The notes below the pieces were generated by a model, which was not told the DNA's origin, ran no database searches, and was given only the letters and a program-made list of their open reading frames with translations. Positions 44,613 through 62,300 of a stretch of DNA of 64,000 nt are shown one piece after another. The stretch comes from the human T2T-CHM13v2.0 reference genome, Homo sapiens: assembly GCF_009914755.1 (NCBI RefSeq), contig NC_060946.1; one strand, 5' to 3'. Both the position numbers and the translations under genes were made by a program. The stretch's first letter is position 1; every line of letters starts with the position of its first letter.

Positions 44613-45730
44613 TAATTTAGGTTTTCTGTCATCCAAAATTTGTGCAGTCAATTTACTAGCCTTTCAGATTTAAAAACCACAAACATCACAATAAGTACTT
44701 AAGCACCCACAGTAGCCAGACTACTAAGGCCATGGTTATTGTATTTTTGGAGTACATGCCAGAAGAAAAGGTCATAACACATAGATAGGTATCTAGTGTG
44801 TAGGTGTCAGCAGACACACCACACACAGCCAGGAAGGCTGAAGAGATTAGAATCACAACGCTGGGAAAGGCCTTTGAGATTCTTAGCTTGGGGTCCACGG
44901 TTGTACTTCAGGGACCCCAGAAACTCCCTGAGGTTATAAGCAAAATTGTATCGCTGCCTTTTTTCTTCAGAAAGGCTCATGGCTTTTGTCAAATTCTCAA
45001 AGGAGACTGTGACCTAAATAAAATATTTTTTAAAAATGGTTACGAGTCCTTGATCTAATTCCAGTATCTAGAGAAAATGGGAGCTATGTTTGGCTCACAC
45101 AGTAAATTTATGGCAGAGACGGGTATTAAAGCCCCACTCGTGACTACATCTGTGCTTTTTGCCATCCTGGGCGCTAGAGGGAATTGCGCTGCAATTCATT
45201 AAATTGCCTCTCAGTCTCAACAGATGACAAACCCCTTGCCCTTGCCTCTGATTTAAGGTAAGATAATTTGGGCTGCGAGCAGGGTGCATCTTGGAGCGGG
45301 GAGACCTTGACATCAAACAGGAAGAGTCTTACCGGGACAAGGAGACAACAGCCCAGAGAGGCTGTCACCCAGGGTAGGTGTGCAGTCACAGTGAGGTCCC
45401 AAGGACTAAGGGCTATGACCCTAAGAGTCTCGGCTTCTGTGTAACTCACCCAAGTCACTTCCCTGGTCTACGACCCAGTTTCCCAAATGTGTAAAGGGTC
45501 CTTTAGACCTCGCCCTAAAAGGTCAGGGGCGTGGCTTAAAGAGGACCGCGCTTCCCGGGCCCGACCCCAGACCCTACATCGTGTGTGACGCCCGCCGCCG
45601 CCGAGCAAGCCGCAGTGAGGTCATCGCCCTCCGCCTCGGGGGCGGGACCCTGGCGTCTCAGGGCGGGGCTTGTGGTCGAGCTTCGCAGTGCCACCGCCCC
45701 GCCCACGCCTCCTCGCCGGCCTCCGAGTGC

Positions 45731-45740
45731 GTCACGTGAC
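45731..45740. promoter_or_regulatory. CLEAR element / extended E-box GTCACGTGAC
   Basis: Perfect palindromic CLEAR consensus about 70 bp upstream of the TOM1 ATG. Confidence 0.8.
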
Positions 45741-45806
45741 GGGTCGGTGGCGCTGGCGGTTGCTGTCAGCTGATTCCCGGGGTTGGTGGCAGCGGCGGTA
45801 GCAGCA

Positions 45807-45858
45807 ATGGACTTTCTCCTGGGGAACCCGTTCAGCTCTCCAGTGGGACAGCGCATCG
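45807..45858 (+). CDS. TOM1: TOM1 exon 1 coding part (MDFLLGNPFSSPVGQRI)
   Basis: gcaATGg Kozak; in-frame TGA 36 nt upstream; donor G|GTGAGT; recognised TOM1 N-terminus. Confidence 0.96.
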
Positions 45859-46742
45859 GTGAGTCCCTGGAGCCCCCCACAGCTCCGCCCCGGTGCTCCG
45901 CACCCAGCTTCGGTCCCCTGGGAAGCCTCCGGGTGCCTAGTCACGGAGGCAGGGAGGGCAACGAGGCTGGCGTGTAGCTCTCCGACCTGGCTCCGCCCAG
46001 CTTTCCTCCCACTCTTGATTGACAAGAACTTGGGCCATTAGGAAGCCTTGGCTTGTGATAGATGTATATGACAGCCAGTAGGTAAGGAGAGAGGGTGGGT
46101 CCGGATGCCCACGGCGCAGCCAATGTGCGTCTGCTGGGGTCCCCAATCGAGGGAGAAAGTTTTCGTGGTTAAAGGGACTGCGTGGTTGGCAGTGGCTGGG
46201 CCACTCTGCTGGGTCCCGCCGCCTGGGCTCTGGCCAGCTCCTTCCTGGCTCACCGGGCCCTCCGGACACAGACACCTGAGAAGGGCTAGAAGTCCCTTCT
46301 CCCAGGACCGCGAAGCCCCGGGCTTGGCGTCTTGGGGCCAACTGGCCAGAGGGGCCCAGCGCCGGACAGCCCGCGGCCAGGCCTCACAGACCCGGGTCTC
46401 AGGACGTGTCCGCCTGGGCTCTTTTCTCGACCCAACCTCAAATGGACCCGCACAGACTCTCAGAACCTGAGCAGACAGTGGTCGGACAAACCCTCCTGGT
46501 CAGCCCATCTCGGTGCTCCGTAGGTGGGGCAGCCGGGAACTCGGGCCAAGCCAAGCCCAGGGCACCTGGCGCCTGTCTGCTGGTCCGTGGTTCTCTGCAC
46601 CCTGGTGACAGGATACTCACAGTTCTGTGACGCAGCCTCCCTGGGCCGAGGTTTCCTCACCTGTAGTTGGCGGGCAATAATGGTCCCCACCTCCGTGGGC
46701 TTGTTGTGAAGATTAAATTCCTTAATAAATGTGAAATACTTA

Positions 46743-47207
<465 letters not shown>

Positions 47208-48060
47208 GTTGTTCCTGAGATCACCAAGTGAAGGTTAGGAATCCCTGGAAATCGCTTGGCAGTAGGTCTCATAGGTGCTCATTCTTGGGCACCAACACCA
47301 TGAGAACCGACATGCCTTCACCCAAACAGCCACACTTCTCCGGAGGATGGTTTGGGTGTTCCGCATTCTTGCATGAAGAAACCATCGCATTACCGTGAAA
47401 TTACTCTTCATCTTTTTTGATGACGACTTTTCGTCTTAAGTCCAGACTGGGAAAACTTTAAGATGAGACATATTTTCCATTCTTACTGTCTTGCGAAACC
47501 TCACGAAAGCTTGTCGACCCGGCTCTGTGTTGTAATCGCCACCGTGGCTGTCGGTGGCTCTTCCGAGGTTTTGTAATCAATGCTCTCCAAGGGGGAGGTG
47601 GCAGTCCAGGATTTACACACCAGGAAGCTCCTGAACCAGGGAGAGGAACTGCCCTCTCAAAGGACCCCTGCCCTCCCCTGGACACACACCCACCCCACAG
47701 TGAGTCATGGTTTTTTGGAGCTGAAAAGAGAAGGCAGCTCTCCTCTCATCTATATTTCTCTGACTACAGAAACCACTGCTTTTATCACATGCCAAGTTTA
47801 AGACTTACTACTTAAAAATAAACAAGTAAATAAAAGACCTGGCTTCAAAGTCAGCCACATACTCTTAAGGCTTTCTGGAAAAGCTCACCTGGGTTCTGGA
47901 TTTCAGCTAATCAAAGCAAACTTCTCTTCTTACCTTGAAGCGTTGCCTTTCTTGGGCAAGAAATACTTCTGTGCAAAGAGAATGCTACTAAATCATAATA
48001 CCTTAAAGCACAAATGGAATTTTGCAGGTAAAAGAGCCTTACCTTGGGGATCTTCTAACC

Positions 48061-48545
<485 letters not shown>

Positions 48546-48997
48546 GCCCATCCCCTTCATTTTACACTGGCGGAGACTAAGGTCCAGAGAGGGGAAAGTG
48601 GAGGCTGTGACTCATCCAAGACCCCAGTAAATTGACAGCAAAACTGAGTCATTGAAATTTAAACCAAAGCTGAAGAGGCTCCAAAAGTAGAATTAAGAGT
48701 TTGAGTTAATCCCCTCAGTATTCCATATTCTTTTAGATAAAGAGGCGGAGGAAGTACTGCTCCCTGGCTGTGATTACTGATGACACAGTATAGCTGCTTA
48801 TAATTCTGTAAACCAGGCCCCTCCTTGCTGCAGGAGTACCATCTCTTCTCAAGCCTGCCGACTCCCATGCCCTTGTTGATAGTAGAGCTGTAGAGCCATA
48901 TGGAATTGACATCCCTCCGATGGTGATTCTAATGATGCTAATCAGGAATGAGTGTCAGTCACTGGAATCACAAAGTTCTCATCCACCTCCCCTCCCA

Positions 48998-49025
48998 ACA
49001 CACACACACACACACACACACACAC
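48998..49025. repeat. (CA)n microsatellite
   Basis: Read directly from sequence. Confidence 0.9.
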
Positions 49026-49323
49026 CCCTTTGTGCTTGCTGGTCCCTCTGCCTGGGTTGCTTGCTCCTGTGCCCCCACTGAGGAGCTCCAGATCACCCTT
49101 CAAAGTACAGGGCATCATCACCTCCTCCCTGAGGCTTGCCCCAAGCCCGACGTTGCTCTTTTACTCTCCCTTTATCCTAGATCCTCAGGCCCCCTTGCCC
49201 TATGACTTTGGGCTCTGAATCTCCGCTTCCTCCTTGGTAGAATGTTACTAACAGCATCTGCCTCACAGGGTGGTTGCTGGAATGAAACAAGATAGTCCTC
49301 TGAGAGTGTCTCGCACAGTGTGA

Positions 49324-49755
<432 letters not shown>

Positions 49756-50207
49756 TAGGCTGAACTTCTTGAGAGCAGGAACTGTGCCTTATTTCTCCAG
49801 ACCCTCAGCACCTAGCACGGTGCCTGGCACATAGCAGGAAGGAGGAAGGGAGAAAAGGAAAGTAACATTTTGTGAGCAAACACCATAATAACTCTGCCAG
49901 GTATTCTGCTAGCGTCCTGGGTATTAATCTCATGGTGACCCTGTGCGGTTTTGCTATTTTTTTCCCATTTCACCAAAAGTCAGTCTAAGAGAAAGCATCG
50001 CTTTCCAGGGTTCCACAGCCACTCAAGGTCAGAATCCAGACCCAGGTCTTCTTTTGTACCCTCACCACACTGCCTCGAGCTGCCCAGTGCTTCTTTTGAA
50101 TTGATGTCTGTCCCACCCTCCAAGAGCCACAACTCTTGTTCTACCCTCAGATAAGGACATGTACATGGGTCTCACACTTGCAGGCCCCTCCCCTCATCGA
50201 TGAGTAG

Positions 50208-50654
<447 letters not shown>

Positions 50655-51255
50655 ACTGGCTCTGTTTTATAGACAGATATCAAGAATCCCATTTTCCATT
50701 TCTGGCTGTCAGCTTACCCCTAAGCACTTGGAGTCCAAATCCTAGCTGATTGCCAACAGTAAGTTGCAAACAACAGAGATGGTAAATATGGGCAGTCCCT
50801 GGGGATGAGCCTCAGTGGTTGGGGTGGTGGGAGCTGGGTGTGAGGGGAGAAGAGCCCAGAGCCTGAAGACTGAGCCCTGGAGGGGAAAAGTGAAAAAGTC
50901 AGAGAGAGCTGTCTTTGAATCCACAAAAGCCAAGCCGGGGGAGCCACAGGAAGGAATCACAGAAGTGAGAGACCACTTCAGGCCCTTGGGGGCCAGTTGG
51001 GGAATGATGGGCTGGAAAGTGGACACTTAAGCGATGTTGAGGAGACACCAGGCTGGGAGGCGGGACACCTGGTTCCAGCTCTGGTTCTGCTCCTAACTAT
51101 GTCACAGTCCCTCTCCATTGCCCATCTCCCCTATTGGCAACACAGAGGTGCTGTCATTCTCCCTCTGCTTCCCAGAGGATTGGTAAGGAACGACAGAGGT
51201 CATATATAGGGACAGGGAAGGGTTGATGCCAGAGGGAAGAAAGAAACTGATGGCG

Positions 51256-51612
<357 letters not shown>

Positions 51613-51792
51613 TTACAGGAATAAGCAGTTCGGTTTCAGTATAAATAGCTATCCCCAGAGCCTTGCAAAGATGGAACTGGCTGCCTTGTTCAGTAGTGAG
51701 CTCCCCACCACTGGAGCTGTGAAGGCAGAAGCCGGGGTGGGGAGGGCGACTATAAAGAGGATTCCTGTGTTGGTTAGCAGAGTGGACTAGAC

Positions 51793-52127
51793 CAGGGTCA
51801 GTGAGCTTTTTCTATAAAGGGCCAGATAGTAAATACTTGTGGCTTCGTGAACCAGATGGTCTCTGCTGCAACTACCCAGTTCTGCCATTATAGCACAAAA
51901 GCAGCTACATAGGCCATAGGTAAATGAATGAGAATGACTGTGCATAAATAAAACTATTTATGGGCAATGAAATTTGAATTTCACGTAATTTTCACATATC
52001 ATGAAATATTATTCTTCTTCAGCTTTTTTTTTCCCAACTATTTAAAAATATAAAGACCTTCTGTAGCTCGAGTACCATACAAAACAGACTGAATTTGGCA
52101 TATGGGTTCATAGTTTGCTGACTTCTG
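51793..52127. mobile_element. MER58B-like hAT element
   Basis: cagggtcagtgagctttttctataaagggccagatagtaaata...tagtttgctgacttctg. Confidence 0.8.
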
Positions 52128-53724
52128 AATCGGAGCAGCTGGCCAGAGGCAGAATGATGGAGCACACTGTTCCTCAAAGTGGGGTACCAGAGCACCCACA
52201 CTGGGGATGCTTGAGGGTGCTTATCCCCACAGTGTGCCCATGTGAGCCCTAATATCTTGAAGCTTCTGTTTCCTGATCCGTAAGTACAGGACCCACATTA
52301 GATCCCCAAGTTTCTGTCTTGAGGATGACAGAGCTTTGTCTAGAAAGGGCTTTGTATCAGCTGTACACATATTAGTAGAGCCCAGGGTGAGCTTGAGTCA
52401 GACTGAATGGTCTGAGTCCTGGTTCAGTCCTCAACAGCTTTGTTACCAGGAGCAAGTTACTTAACCTCTCTGTTCTTCAATGTCCTCGTCTGTACAATGA
52501 GGATAATAATAGCACCTATCAGATAGGGCTGTCGTGTTGTTGTGCTATAAAGCACTTCCTGCCAGACAGGAAGTCTCTGTAATTATTAGCTGTTGTGATT
52601 TTTCACTGGTGTTATCATTCCTGGGACCCCAGTCTAAGTTAGTAGCCAAGCTAAGTGCCAGCCCAAGATTCTGACTCCAGTGCAGCCTTTGTGATGGTCT
52701 TTGTGTCCCTGGCAAATGAGCGGTCACTGGCTGGGTGGCCACCACATTCACAGACAGGTCAGGTTTCAGGCTGTGGGGAGGAGCAGATTCTTACTTGGAA
52801 ATTAAGGCCTTTGCCTTCCCCTATGGATAGAACTGGTGAATAGGTTTTATTCCCTTAGTGAGCTCAAAGAAATAAGAGTATAGTCCCAGACTTCCACTCT
52901 TCTGGTTTTAGAAAAAAAAAAACCCAAACCCTCAGTGTCTCCTAATTAGCTTGAGGCCATCACCCCATGAGAAGCAGGGGGATTCAGGACAGTTTAACTC
53001 TTTACTGCCTTACCAAGGAGATCTTGATCTAGGCCAGTGCCCTCCAAACTTCTGTCTTTCATGTAGCTCATTTGTGATTTGTGTCTACCCCCATGCCACC
53101 TTCATTATTATTTTCGTAGGGTTTTCTTTTCATTAGCTTATCTGTTAAAATTTGACCTCATCCTATGTAATTATATCCATGAAATCATGGCTTTGATGTT
53201 CGTGTTTGTTTCCTATCCTGCATTAAAGTAAATAATGCAGGAGAGGAAAAACTTAATGTCCCTCTAAAAATGTCTTTAAGTTTGCCCATGAGCCCACCTG
53301 GCATGATCCCAGGTAGCTCATTTTGATCACTGGGACGTAAGCAGCCTGAAATGGGGTCACAGCTTAGTCTCCGCATCAGAAGAGCTGGGTTCAGGTGCCA
53401 GCTCCGCCCCTTCCCGGCTGTGTCCCCCAGGTCTCCACCTCAAGGGACACGGGAAACTTAGAAGTTGATAGAGCACTGCAAAGTGCGGTGGAGAACCACT
53501 GTGCAAGCCCTGAGGAGGGGAACTGGGCCTCGCTCCTGCTGGGGAAGGTAGAGAAGGGAAGGACGGAGCCTGGAGTCTTCCCAGAAGGGAAGGACGGAGC
53601 CAGGGGAGAAGGGAGGGGGAGAGAAGAACCAGCCAGACCACAGGGGCTGAGACAGACAGAGAATTTAGGGACAGACAGAGGGGTCTACTGTTTGAACTTG
53701 TTTGTGTTGGTGCAGTATAAACCC

Positions 53725-54494
<770 letters not shown>

Positions 54495-55214
54495 AAGCCC
54501 ACTCCACCCCTGACCATCCAGATTGTCAGCAATACCTTTTACACTCCCAAGTGGGGAGTGAAAACAAATGCCATCTGTACCTCAGCCAGCCACTTCAAGC
54601 CTCTGCCTTCACAGCCTCACTTCTTACCTGGGGAGTTTTAGAAAACCTTTCTTTATCTCACTGACATTTCCTTTTGTTAGGTACTATAGTTAGTTACATC
54701 GACTTTAACATTGTGGGTTGCGGAAGCAATACCCTCTGTAAGGTATTTTAGGGTTTCTCTTGTGGTTTATGGTTAAAAAAAATACAGGGGAGAGGCAGCC
54801 AGGGTTTTGAGGAAGGGTGGCTCAGCAAATTAGGAGATGGATGGAACTTTCCACGCTGGGTCTGGAAAGAGTTATTCCTTTGGAAAATAGTTTTCAAGAC
54901 AAGTTTCTGGCTGAAAAAAAAATAGCTTCTGCATATTTGTGATTTAAAAATCTCTTATGGGGTGCTTGAAATTCTCAATCATGTTGTGGTTGATATGTTT
55001 GTAGAGGATAGCATTTATTTTGGTGCTTGAAATGTATACACTCCTCCTCACACATCCCTGGAAGGTGAGTGCTTTGGTCATCTTTATTCTGTAGAGGAGG
55101 AACTGAGGCACAGAGAGGCCGAGGAGTTACCCAGGCTCACACAGCTGGTAGGTGCTGGAGTCTGGGCAGGATTTGTCTGTGTCTGCATCCCATCCTCCCA
55201 ACTTTTCCATCTCA

Positions 55215-55829
<615 letters not shown>

Positions 55830-56154
55830 CTAGAAAAGCTAAATGCTGTGAGCCCAGGGGGAGCATCTTCCACAACTATTGGAGTCAGCTCCACATGGTA
55901 GGGTTAATAAAAATTTCACATAGTCACTGAGTACAGTAATAGAAATACAGTATCTAGCAAGGACAGGTAAATGTGGCGTGTGGGTTCCCACACTGCATTT
56001 CCAGATGGACAGCATGGCTGGCCTATATCCAGAGGGGTCGGTCAGAATAGGGTGAAGGCTCTGGAGATCATTATCAGAGTGGAGTGGTCACAGGTCCTGA
56101 GGATGTTGGAGGACAGATTAAGGAGGGACGTGGTACTTTTTAAAAGTATTCAAA

Positions 56155-56440
56155 GGGTCACGGTGGCTCACGCCTGTAATCCCAGCACTTTGGGAGGCCA
56201 AGACGGGTGGATCACGAGGTCAAGAGATCGAGACCATCCTGGCCAATGTGGTGAAACCCTGTCTCTACTAAAAATACAAAAATTAGCTGGGCATGGTGGC
56301 ACACGCCTGTAGTCCCAGCTACTCGGGAGGCCGAGTGAGGCAGGTGAACTTCAACCCAGTAGTTGGAGGTTGCAGTGAGCCGAGATCGTGCCACTGCACT
56401 CCAGCCTGGGCAACAGTGAGACTCTGTCTCAAAAAAAAAA
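56155..56440 (+). mobile_element. Alu (AluSc-like)
   Basis: Full dimer. Confidence 0.88.
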
Positions 56441-57851
56441 TGTATTCAGAGGATTGCAAGTTGGAAGAAGGATTAGGATTTCCACACAATAGCTAGTAAG
56501 GGATCAATGAGTGCCCAAGTGTGGAGGTGTTTCATTTACACTGTTATAAAGGTTTATTGTGCTGGTGAATACAGCCTCATCTTTCATTCAGTCATTCAGC
56601 AAACAGGTACTGCAGGTTTATCATGGCCCAGGTCCCATCTGGGGTAGACAGTTAGTCCATTTGTGAGCTATAACCGCCACCCTTAAAGAGCTCACAGACT
56701 CCTGGGAGAGAGAGATGTAGAAACAAAGAGATCGCCCAACAGAGTTATTTTAATCACTCCACTAAGCAGTGCTTAGAGTTGTGGTCTGTGGAAAATGCTA
56801 CTGGCTGCTAGCTGGAAGGAATAGGCCCTGGCGGGGTGGGGGGTGTCAGGGCAGACTCCACCAGGAGACCTGACCTTTGATCTGGGCTTAGGAGCACGAG
56901 TTGAGGTGGGGAGGAGCACATTTCTTCCTGGAAGAAGGGCAGTGTGTTCAGAAGCACAGAAGCCTGAGGAGGGTGATGGGGTGGCTGCGGGCGATCAGCT
57001 GAGCTGGTGAGTGGGAGTGGGAGGAAGGACTGGGCCAGGTCTCAGTGCCGGCTCCCGAGGGCTTCAGTGGAGCCCGGTGCCTTCAGGTCCATGCCGTAGT
57101 TGTCCACCGCGGAGCAGTCCCGTGGGAAGGCCAGGGCAGCTGGACCTCACTCCTTAAAGAGGAATATTAATCACGAATACTTTGAGCTGCAGGTAACAGG
57201 AAACGCAACCAGCAGAGTCTGAAACCACCACAACAACGCACTTTGTTTACCTAGCAAGAAGCCTGAAGGTTGGCAGTTTCAGGGTGGGTTTGACAGCTCC
57301 ACGATGTCTCAAAACAGCCAGACTCTTTCTTGTTCTGTCCTTAGCCTGGTGGCTAATCAGTGAAATACAGTGATTGTTGTTCTGGGAAGGCAGGGTAGGC
57401 AGGGGCAGTCAGCATCGAACTGAGCACCTAGGCAGTGCAGAGCCTCAGTCGGTCATTCCAAAAGTATGTAATGCCCCCCTCTGCTCTGTTGCACCAGAAG
57501 GTGGGCCCCAGAAGGTCTGCCCCAGGCAGGCAGAGGCAGTCTTCACAGGGACAGAGCAGAGTGGAGAGCACACAAGTTTGGAGCACGCAGGCCTGGCTTT
57601 GCATCTAGCAAGTCACAAACCTCTGCACATTGGCTGCCCCCACGACAGTTGGGGATGTGGGGAGGTGACACAAATGGAGGTCCTCCGAGCATCCTGCACA
57701 GGCTGACACTTCTTCACTGAATGATGGCTGTCATTGTTCTCCATGATGTTGTTATTGTCATGGTGCAGGATGAGGAGTGACACGGTCTACCCAGAAGGAG
57801 GCACCACTGAGGAGCCAACCCTGGGTGGGGCTTAGAAGATGAGGGGAGTTC

Positions 57852-58140
57852 GGCTGGGCACGGTGGCTCACGCCTGTAATCCCAGCACTTTGGGAGGCCG
57901 AGGCGGGTGGATCACAAGGTCAGGAGTTCAAGACCAGCCTGGCCAAGGTGGTGAAACCTCATCTCTACTAAAAATACAAAAAAAAATTAGGCGGGCGCCT
58001 GTAATCCCAGCTACTTTGGGGGCTGAGGCAGAGAATTGCTTAAACCCAGGAGACGGAAGTTGCAGTGAGCCGAGATCGCACCACTGTACTCCAGCCTGGG
58101 CGACAGAACAAGACTCCGTCTCAAAAAAAAAAAAAAAAGA
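57852..58140 (+). mobile_element. Alu (AluS-like)
   Basis: TSD aggggagttc. Confidence 0.9.
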
Positions 58141-58543
58141 CAAGGGGAGTTCAGGAGTTCAGCTGACTCATTCCTCCTCTTCATCAGCACACCTGGCACT
58201 GTCTCAGCACCTGGTCTTTCCTGCCATGGAAACGACCTTTTGGAATTGTCAGTTGTGGCCTCCCACTGGACTGTAAACCACCACTGGGGCAGGACCTTGC
58301 TGGATTTGCTCACTGACGTCTCCCTGTAGCCTGGACAGGTGTTGAGAATGTTTGAGAAGCACATAGCATCGTGGTTATGAATATGGACTTGAGAACCAGA
58401 CTTCTCTGGCTTTGAATCTGCTGTGCATCTCACAAACTGTGTGACTGCAGGCAAATTGCTGCCTTCTCCATGCCCCTGAGTTTATTCATCCTCTGTCTTA
58501 AAGGTTGTGGTGACGGGTGACTGAGGGTGTGACGTGCTTATTA

Positions 58544-59333
<790 letters not shown>

Positions 59334-62300
59334 TCATAGTCATTGTAGCTCGGTTACTCATTGCTAGCCTTTCCTGATGTCATACTGACATTGTCTGGCT
59401 GCAAGGTCACAACATCCTGTGAGGCAGGCAGTCTTATCCTGATTTTACGGGTGCAAAAACAGAGACTCAGAGGGGCTGGATCTTTGCCCACATTCTATGA
59501 GTTAGGTCAGGCCAGACTCGTCCCACTCCACCCTCATCTCCATGAGGGGCAGGTGGGTCTTGCCATCATGCCAGGCAGATTATCTGGAGCCCTCCAGGGA
59601 GGTGGTATCTGCACCAGACCCAATAGGGAGAGGACAGACTGCTGTAAGGACGCACAGGTGCCCAGTGATCCGAAGCCACAGGCTTGCCAGCCATAAACAA
59701 CTGCAAAGCCGCCTGATGACAGGTGGAGGATTGCAGGGCCCGGTTCTGTCAGGAGCTGGAAGACAAGAGCACAGCTGCTACCCGGAGGCCCTTGAAGGTT
59801 ACAGCTCCGAGGTCGGGGAATCAGTTGTCATTCTCTTGGTAACTGGCAACCACTGTCCGTGTTTTTATTCCCCCTTCTTAAAATAGCAAGCTGAATTACT
59901 TCTGTGGTGAAGAACAAAAACAAAGCAAATATTGCCAGGTTCCTGTGGGTTTAAAATTCTGCCCTGATGGAATATGCCTACCCTGTGGGCATCTGAAGGA
60001 AATCCACATGATTCACCGCAATCCTGTTGTCCACACCTGGACCTGGAGGAACCTGGAGGAACCTAGAAGGGGTTGGCAAGTGATGGTCTGGGCAGATGTG
60101 TCCCACAGCCTCCCAACAGCTGTCTTGTACTGGAATTGCTCAGATCTGCCTTGTCCCGATTTTGTCTCCTCCTCCTCTTCCTCTCCCCTTTCTCGTTTAG
60201 GCCACATATCCCCTCCCACCCCGCAGAAAACCTCCGTCTTCTGATTGGCTCTGCCCACTACTGCCTGCTGCCACTCATGGCTCAGGAGCTTGCCTGCACT
60301 GCTTGGGTCACATCAGACTCATGCACGGGGTGGGGGCGGGGGGTCCTTCTGCTCCCACCTGATTGCCGGGTATGGGATTTCTCTTATTTATCAATGTCCC
60401 CGCTTCCCTTTAAAAGCCACTTACTTGCCTTTCCAAAACAACCACAGCCTCTCCTGAAACACTGATGTTCCCTCCTCCAGGAGATGAGAGGTGCCCATCG
60501 TTTTCAGGGGGTACTGGGGACAGAAGAGGATCTGATGGTGGGGACCACTGAGAGGCCTGCCGGTGGAGCTCAGGGAGGAGAGGGCCAACTCCCTGTGTGG
60601 TCAGGAAGGACACTTCTGGGAAAACAGTGTTCCCCGCCCCTGCTGAGAGATGCGGATGGCACAGAAGCCTCAGGCACCTGCGCCACAGCGTCAGCGGCTG
60701 CCCCGCCCTTACCTCTGTGTGCCCTTTGCAAGTTGGTGATCTCTCTGTGCTTCAGTTTCCTCATGAGATGAGGGCAATAATGCACACCTTACAGTGTGTT
60801 AAAATTAAATCTCATTCTTCATGTGAACAGCTAATGCTGCTTGATATTCTATGGCATATAACTTGGGAAGTTAAAATATTATTATTGTGGAAGGGCATGC
60901 AGGCCAGGTCGAAGACTAGGGAGACACGGAAGGATTTGGGCAGGAAGGACACTGTCATTTTCAGGTTTCAGAAAGTTCCTTCTGGGCAGTGTGGAGAATG
61001 GGTGGGAGGAGGGAGGCAGGAGGAGGGAAGAAGCTGAGGCGGTAGTCTAGCGGGAGGATGGTGGCCGGGCTGGGGCAGGGGCAGTGGCAGAGGGGATGGT
61101 GTGATGGACAGAGATTTGGGAGCTGACTTGGCAGGACTTCGTGGCCTTTAGGTGTGGCTAGGGAGGGAGATGACACTAATCCTCTGGCCTGTGTGACTGG
61201 GGCTTGCTGAGATGTGGCCTGTGGCAGAGGAGCAGGTTCTGTAGGTTAACACTGACTGACATGACTAACCCCCGCCCCAAAACCCTCCAAAGCAGGGCAC
61301 GGCCCTCTGCTCAGAGGGACACTTGTTTGGCCCGCTCTGTTCTTCCCAGGTGGCTCTATAAGTGTGGAACCCCCAAGGGCAGGGGTGTGGTACAAAGAAG
61401 CCACACTCAGTAAACCTTCACAGGATGGACAACTCTGTCTCTCAGCCCTGTCAGAGGAGCTTTCCTCATCCCCTCCTCCAGGCCTGATCTAGGGGTAAAG
61501 CAACCGCCCTCTGCCTCAGCCGCCTGGCATGTGTCCTGGGCCACCCTGGCATCCGTCTGGCTCAGGACCTGAGGGTAGAACTGAAGTTGGGCCAATTGCA
61601 AAACCAAGGTCTCAGAGCCACAGTTTTAGTGTTGGTTGAGCCAGCCTGGCTAGAAGAGGGCCCTGTCCAGTCCCGCAGAAACTGCCCTCCTCTGTCCTCC
61701 GGCAGACTGGGTTTAGCAGGCACTGTGGCTTCTTTTGGGCACCTTAAAGCAGGGACCATGCCCACCGAGTCCACCATGGTATCCCAGTGCCTGGAACCGG
61801 CTTGGCTTACAAATAGCCGTGTAGCAAGCGAAGAGTCACCCACCCTCCCCGAGCCGGGGCACAGCCGTGAGGAGAGAGCCTCCCTTGCAGGACAGCGTGA
61901 CATCACGTGGAATAACAAGTTCTACATGCCTACTCTGGCACACACTCCTGACAGATAATAGACAGCCGGCAGCACTGTGCTCAAGTGCCTGGCCCATCAG
62001 CCAGCAGGTGTGCCAAGGCTGGCAGGGTGGCTGCAGCAGGCGGATGAGTACTTTGCATGTGACATTTGCAGGGGAGGGAACCTTGGGTAGTGCCCTGTGT
62101 CAGAACAGGGTCTCACCCTTAAAAGGCGGAGCAAAGCCTGTCTTATCACACAGTCCTCCATGTAGTCACAATACATACCAGCCAGAGTGATGTGTGTAAT
62201 GGAACGTTACCTGCAAGAAACAGGGCACAAAATTTCCTGTGTGCACGTGGTTGACGCGTGAAGATAGCATCTAGGAAGGCGCAGAGAACAGAAAACAGGC

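Larger units (their letters stand above)
45500..46560. promoter_or_regulatory. TOM1: CpG island / promoter of TOM1 with GC boxes (45526-45535, 45639-45648, 45661-45669)
   Basis: High CpG density around the TOM1 ATG; GGGGCGTGGC and GGGCGG SP/KLF motifs. Confidence 0.9.

Noticed and set aside
45783-45806. TTG-initiated 8-aa N-terminal extension of TOM1 in the ORF track
   Set aside because: Artefact of allowing non-ATG starts; the ATG at 45807 has a strong context and matches the known N-terminus.
47319-47358. 9-bp inverted repeat cacccaaac/gtttgggtg (possible pre-miRNA)
   Set aside because: Stem too short and interrupted; chance-level in 64 kb.
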